Below the pieces are notes generated by a model. That model ran no database searches. It was given only the letters and a program-made list of their open reading frames with translations, and was not told where the DNA came from. A stretch of 64,000 nucleotides of DNA from positions 1-64,000 of IMG/VR virus record IMGVR_UViG_3300002026_000017, one strand, 5' to 3'. Numbering within the stretch: position 1 is the stretch's first letter; each line of letters starts with the position of its first letter. Below, piece after piece: positions 59,374 through 64,000 of this stretch. Source of the DNA: a virus. Lineage: Duplodnaviria > Caudoviricetes. The position numbers and the translations under genes are program-made.

Positions 59374-61731
59374 TTAATTCAAGTTTAAATCAAATACAAC
59401 TTTATCAAGTGAATCAATATTCCAATATTCAATATGAATAAGTTTTATTTTTTGTTTAGATATTTCTGTTGTGTTATTTGAAGCATTACATATAACAATT
59501 GGATTTGGTTTAATAGCTCCTGATAGTGCTAATGAATCCATAAATGATTTAACTTCAACTTCCGTTGCAAGATATTCATTATATGTGCCTTTTTTGAAAG
59601 CTTCACCTCTCGACATATTATAAAGACTTTCTTTGATATATGCAAGTAATTCCGAATTATGTATCTGTGCTAATGCTGTTCTTGTTTTTTGTCCAGTTGA
59701 ATTTCCATAAATTGTAAATCCCTTTGGCATTTTAATTATTGGATTCCATCTAAATTTTTCCATTACTAATCTTTCATTATCATCTGGATTTAAAGCTAAA
59801 CCACTAACAGTATCTAAATACCCACTAGCATTAGCTACAACGTCCCAATCAAATGTTTTTTGTACAAATAAATTTGAAACATCAGCAGCTGTTGGATATT
59901 CATTATTATTTGTATCTAATTTAGAACCAAAAAAGAAACACATTTCACTACCTGAATTAAATTTTGTTAAGAAATTTGTTGAATAATTTGGATTTCCCCC
60001 TTCAACAAGATAATTCAAATCAAAAATACCTGTTGGTGATTCTTTAAATAATGGATTAATGGATTTTTCTAAATCTTCAATAAATGGTTCATTAACAAAT
60101 GCTCTTACAAATTTATTTGAATCATCTAATGTTTTACATAATTGACCAAATTGATATTTATATCCACCTTCAACAAAAGATTTAAAACAATCAACTATAT
60201 ATCTTATACCTGAAAAGTTTTTTAATCCCTTAACTATACCAGGTGAAACAATCATATCTAATATTTCTTTTTGTCTAACAGCTGTTCCATCTGTAAATTG
60301 GTCTGTTCTAACTTTATAGGAAAGTAATTTTGTTGGAGTAACATAACCTGTTCTTGTTTGGTCATTAATTTTTCCATAATTTTCAACAGTTAAAACATCT
60401 GATAAATGTAAAATAACCCAAGTTAAATTAACAATACTATTCTGGTCAATATATGAATCAAAATCAACCATATCTAAATCTTGATTTTCATCATAAAAAT
60501 CTACAACACTTTGTATTTTAGTGACATAAAGTGGGTTTCCAATAACAGGTAATCCATTATCAAAAATCCTATCACCAACTCTTATACCGCTTTCAAAAAC
60601 TCCTAAAACAATATTTTTTCTATTAACATCTGGGAAAAAAGAATTAAATGTTAACATATTATTTTCAAGGAAAATAGGTGGATTTGTAAATTCAATAGAT
60701 AAATCAACATTATTTGTTGGTAATATTTGTAATCTATGACTAAGTAATATACCATTGTCAGTTAAAGCACCTGTTTTTTCATAATATCCCGAATATAAAT
60801 TATTTATAATTGGATAACCAGATATTTCATCTAATTCTAATAAATCATCATTTATAGAACATATTAATCCTGTTTCAGCAAAAACATTATTAATTAATGT
60901 ATCAATAGAAACTATTTCATCAAATTCATTTTTTAAATTTGGTATCATTGAACCAGTTATTTTTCTATTGAAACCAGCTTCAGGTATAGCTGCTAAAGCT
61001 TCTAAATCAGAATATTTAATTAAACCATTTGGATTAAATAAATGACCATAATATCTATTTGTTGAAACAGTCAAGACATCAAAAGCATTATCAAATATCC
61101 AAACATCTACAAATGTATCTTTAACAAATGTATCAGGACTTAATGCCGGAAAATCTTCAATAACTAAATCTGTATTTAATAATGATTTATTTCCTTCAGA
61201 AGTTAAAGTAGATACATCTTTAGCTACAGTTGTAAAGAAAGAAACATCAGAAATTCCAACATTACCAAAATTTAATAAATTTTCTTCAGGAAAATCTTTA
61301 ATTATATTTTTTGGTTTTATTGTCCATAATCCATTTGTATTAAATAAATTTGAATAAGGTATTGATTTATTTGCCTGGATAGATAAATTTGGTGACATTC
61401 CACTTATTGTAGTAATATCTTTTTCATTATCAAAAACTCTTATATTAATAACAGCTATAGCTGATGTTGTTAAAGCATTCAAACATTCTCTAATAGAAAA
61501 ATTCCCTTGTTTTTCATTTTTTCTTAATGTTTTACCAAATACAGATTGGAAACTCATTGAATCTCCTTTTTTAAACACCACAATTGTATTAATTGGACCC
61601 TTTTCTGTATTAATAAAAAATAATCTAAGATTTGATGTTTGTTCTATTTCTGGAACTGCTGAATTATCAGTAACCATAAAATATGTTCCCGCGGCTTTTC
61701 CGGCAATTTCTCGGAGTCTAATATCCATCAT
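59374..61731 (-). CDS. gp18: Tail sheath protein (T4 gp18-like)
   Basis: AGTYFMVTD..EKGPIN N-terminus; WNPII..GFTIYGNSTG..ALAQIH..ELL..ICNASNNT C-terminus. Confidence 0.88.
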   Translation of the reverse strand: MMDIRLREIAGKAAGTYFMVTDNSAVPEIEQTSNLRLFFINTEKGPINTIVVFKKGDSMSFQSVFGKTLRKNEKQGNFSIRECLNALTTSAIAVINIRVFDNEKDITTISGMSPNLSIQANKSIPYSNLFNTNGLWTIKPKNIIKDFPEENLLNFGNVGISDVSFFTTVAKDVSTLTSEGNKSLLNTDLVIEDFPALSPDTFVKDTFVDVWIFDNAFDVLTVSTNRYYGHLFNPNGLIKYSDLEALAAIPEAGFNRKITGSMIPNLKNEFDEIVSIDTLINNVFAETGLICSINDDLLELDEISGYPIINNLYSGYYEKTGALTDNGILLSHRLQILPTNNVDLSIEFTNPPIFLENNMLTFNSFFPDVNRKNIVLGVFESGIRVGDRIFDNGLPVIGNPLYVTKIQSVVDFYDENQDLDMVDFDSYIDQNSIVNLTWVILHLSDVLTVENYGKINDQTRTGYVTPTKLLSYKVRTDQFTDGTAVRQKEILDMIVSPGIVKGLKNFSGIRYIVDCFKSFVEGGYKYQFGQLCKTLDDSNKFVRAFVNEPFIEDLEKSINPLFKESPTGIFDLNYLVEGGNPNYSTNFLTKFNSGSEMCFFFGSKLDTNNNEYPTAADVSNLFVQKTFDWDVVANASGYLDTVSGLALNPDDNERLVMEKFRWNPIIKMPKGFTIYGNSTGQKTRTALAQIHNSELLAYIKESLYNMSRGEAFKKGTYNEYLATEVEVKSFMDSLALSGAIKPNPIVICNASNNTTEISKQKIKLIHIEYWNIDSLDKVVFDLNLN

Positions 61732-61779
61732 GATTTTAATTTTTTGTTGTTATTTTATATTTATTATACCAAGTATATT

Positions 61780-62436
61780 TTATTTATTTGTATATTCTTC
61801 CTTTAATTTTTTAAGCATTTCTTTTTGATTATTAAATTGAGTTGTTCCATAATTTTCAGTTATTACATCATCACTATTTGGACCATCTAATAATTCTTGA
61901 TTACAAAATACTTCTGTTTTCATTTTTTTCAGAATATTAGGAATATTTTTATATGAATTATGTAGTTCCTTTAATAATTTGATATGTTGATTTACTAAAG
62001 TTGTATATGTTGAAATCATTGCATAATCTTCGGCTTGTACTGAATTTACACGAAGAACAATATTATTTATCATTCCTTTATTAATTTCAACTAATGTTAA
62101 TAAATCAGCTAAATTTTCAAGTTGTAATTGTCCAACTTGTTTTATATATTTATTATGTTCATCTGTTAATTCAACATCTTTAAAATCAATAATAAATTTA
62201 GCTATTTTTTGTACGAAACTTTTAGCAAAAGCTGTATGTTTTTTCTCAGCTGTAACAATATCAATATTATTATATTCAGCAACTATAGCTAAATTATTAT
62301 CTGAATTTAGATTACCATCATATTGTGTAAGTTGCAAAACTTCTTCGTAATCATCTGAATCATCATCTGAATTTTCAATTAAAATTTTATCTTCATCACT
62401 TATTATTTCTTCGAAATCATCAAAATTATTTTCCAT
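61780..62436 (-). CDS. Hypothetical protein (possible small terminase subunit)
   Basis: Helical with acidic N-terminus; sits between neck and sheath genes; weak resemblance only. Confidence 0.35.
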   Translation of the reverse strand: MENNFDDFEEIISDEDKILIENSDDDSDDYEEVLQLTQYDGNLNSDNNLAIVAEYNNIDIVTAEKKHTAFAKSFVQKIAKFIIDFKDVELTDEHNKYIKQVGQLQLENLADLLTLVEINKGMINNIVLRVNSVQAEDYAMISTYTTLVNQHIKLLKELHNSYKNIPNILKKMKTEVFCNQELLDGPNSDDVITENYGTTQFNNQKEMLKKLKEEYTNK

Positions 62437-62451
62437 TATTTTTAGTATTTT

Positions 62452-64000
62452 TTATGATTGTAAACCAAATTGATTCATTATTAAAACCGGGTTAACATTA
62501 TCTGATAAAATTTTATTATCATTAATTTTTAGCAATAATTCATTTATATAAAATAATCCTCCAAACAAATAAATATTTTTTAGTTCCATTTTACTATAAT
62601 TATTTATTATATTATTTGGTAAATTATTTGAATTAATTATATATATATTTTGATAAACAATATTTTTTTGACTATTTTTTAACATAACAATAATAACACT
62701 CAATTGTTTTAAATCATGATTATATTTAATATTTATTTGATAATACTCATTAAATTCAAATTTATAATCAATTTTAAAATTTTTTTGATATTTATTAAAA
62801 TTAATGGATAAATTTTGTCTATTAAATTCCATTGTAAATAATAATGGATTGAAATCAAAAATTTCTCCAGAAAATTTATTTAATAAAACAAAATTAAATG
62901 AAAATTCTAATGTATCAACTATTAATGATTTTTTATTTATCGAAACTAAATCAATTAAATCATATGTTAACGCTATTATTCTTTTATCTACTGTTGAACA
63001 ATCATACATTGTAACAGGGAAAGCATTTTCATCAGGGTTAATAGATATTATATTTAGTCTTTTTTCATAAAACTTTCTTTGTGCATCTGTTTCCTTTAAA
63101 TCAACATATCTATTAGAATCTACCAAAACATTAGTAAAATTTTGTGTAACTTCTTTTTTTTCATCAATATTTTTTTCCTGTAATTTTTCTTTAGTGATTA
63201 TTTTATCTTCAAGAAATTCATTAATTTCATCTAATACTTCTATATTTGGAAAATTTTCATCAAAATCAAAATTTTCAATTCCTGTATAAATTTCTTTTAA
63301 ACTTGAAGAAATACCAATTGTTTCATCATCTTCAAATTTAGAAAGAAATACTTCCCACCAACCAATTTTCCCCATAAAACCATTTTTCGGTTGTACAGAA
63401 CTAACTCTAAATAATTTATTTATTATTGGTAAAAATAAATAATCTTTTGATAGTGGAACTTTATTTTCACCAAAAGCTTGTTTAAATATTTCATCAACAA
63501 CATGTAAAATAAAATCACCTTCAAGAGGCATGTCCCATTCAGAATAAATGTTCCTATCTTGTGGTAATTCATTACCTGGAGCTAAACAATTAAATCTCTT
63601 TATAGAAACAACATTTCTTAATACATGATTTGCAAATGTATGGTTTGTTTCAATTGGTTCAGTTTTAAAATATATAACTGTATGTCCAAACATTTGTGAA
63701 ATTGAAATACACTGGTCTAACCACCTACGAATATTTAATTGTTGATTATCATAAAAACTCCATTTAGGTAATTTATTTACAATACTGTGGTAAGTTACAA
63801 GATTAAATAATTTTTCATCAAGTATATTTATAATTTCATTATTATATGAAATTTTAGATATAATTACAAATTCTTCCTTGTTATTAATATTATTTCCAAT
63901 TATATTAATTGTATTTGTTTTATGTTGGTCCTTTATTTTTTTGAAAAACCAAATACTTAAATATATATAATCAATACCATCTATTTCATTAGATTCATTT
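62452..64000 (-). CDS. Neck protein (gp14-like), 5' end truncated by window
   Basis: Frame open from 63999 through ATG 63693; FGHTVIY..F..AFG..P..DYLFLP..KLFRV pattern. Confidence 0.55.
   Translation of the reverse strand, partial: NESNEIDGIDYIYLSIWFFKKIKDQHKTNTINIIGNNINNKEEFVIISKISYNNEIINILDEKLFNLVTYHSIVNKLPKWSFYDNQQLNIRRWLDQCISISQMFGHTVIYFKTEPIETNHTFANHVLRNVVSIKRFNCLAPGNELPQDRNIYSEWDMPLEGDFILHVVDEIFKQAFGENKVPLSKDYLFLPIINKLFRVSSVQPKNGFMGKIGWWEVFLSKFEDDETIGISSSLKEIYTGIENFDFDENFPNIEVLDEINEFLEDKIITKEKLQEKNIDEKKEVTQNFTNVLVDSNRYVDLKETDAQRKFYEKRLNIISINPDENAFPVTMYDCSTVDKRIIALTYDLIDLVSINKKSLIVDTLEFSFNFVLLNKFSGEIFDFNPLLFTMEFNRQNLSINFNKYQKNFKIDYKFEFNEYYQINIKYNHDLKQLSVIIVMLKNSQKNIVYQNIYIINSNNLPNNIINNYSKMELKNIYLFGGLFYINELLLKINDNKILSDNVNPVLIMNQFGLQS

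Noticed and set aside
24900-61770. Additional AATAAATA late-promoter candidates upstream of 24885, 25925, 46907 and 61731
   Set aside because: Plausible, but too likely by chance at this AT content to list without TSS data.
1-64000. Alternative genetic code (TAG or TGA reassignment)
   Set aside because: Core genes are full length under the standard code, packing is tight, and TAG/TGA end several ORFs normally.
1-64000. tRNA or rRNA genes
   Set aside because: No cloverleaf, TTCGAATC-type T-loop or rRNA-like GC-rich segment found in the intergenic gaps by eye; tRNAscan-SE or ARAGORN would confirm.

Overview
AT-rich segment of a large T4-like (myovirus, jumbo-type) phage genome, probably infecting a Bacteroidota host (inferred from a Q-rule-type signal peptide, lack of Shine-Dalgarno motifs before start codons, and gene content). 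1-13.3 kb is a mostly plus-strand accessory region: pyrimidine-dimer glycosylase, esterase, J-domain protein, YopX-like protein, glucosaminidase and many hypotheticals. It ends in a repetitive 9.3-13.0 kb module where unrelated single genes sit between near-identical terminator / ~97-bp inverted-repeat element / promoter blocks. 13.3-64 kb is the minus-strand core: a large sigma70-like protein, head module (gp23, acidic/polyQ scaffold candidate, gp21, gp20), Dps, gp2, gp4, a secreted nuclease, baseplate genes, gp55 late sigma, a family-B DNA polymerase split into two separated genes, clamp, dUTPase, tail-fibre-like genes, tape measure, a gp26/gp51-like pair, two free-standing HNH-AP2 endonucleases, tail tube, sheath and a truncated neck gene. 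Top leads are the fixed-length inverted-repeat cassette array, a probable +1 frameshift at the gp26/gp51 junction, a probable -1 frameshift adding a SEC-C motif, and the 739-aa sigma-like protein. No tRNA, rRNA or CRISPR array was recognised. All family assignments come from motif recognition by eye, not database searches.
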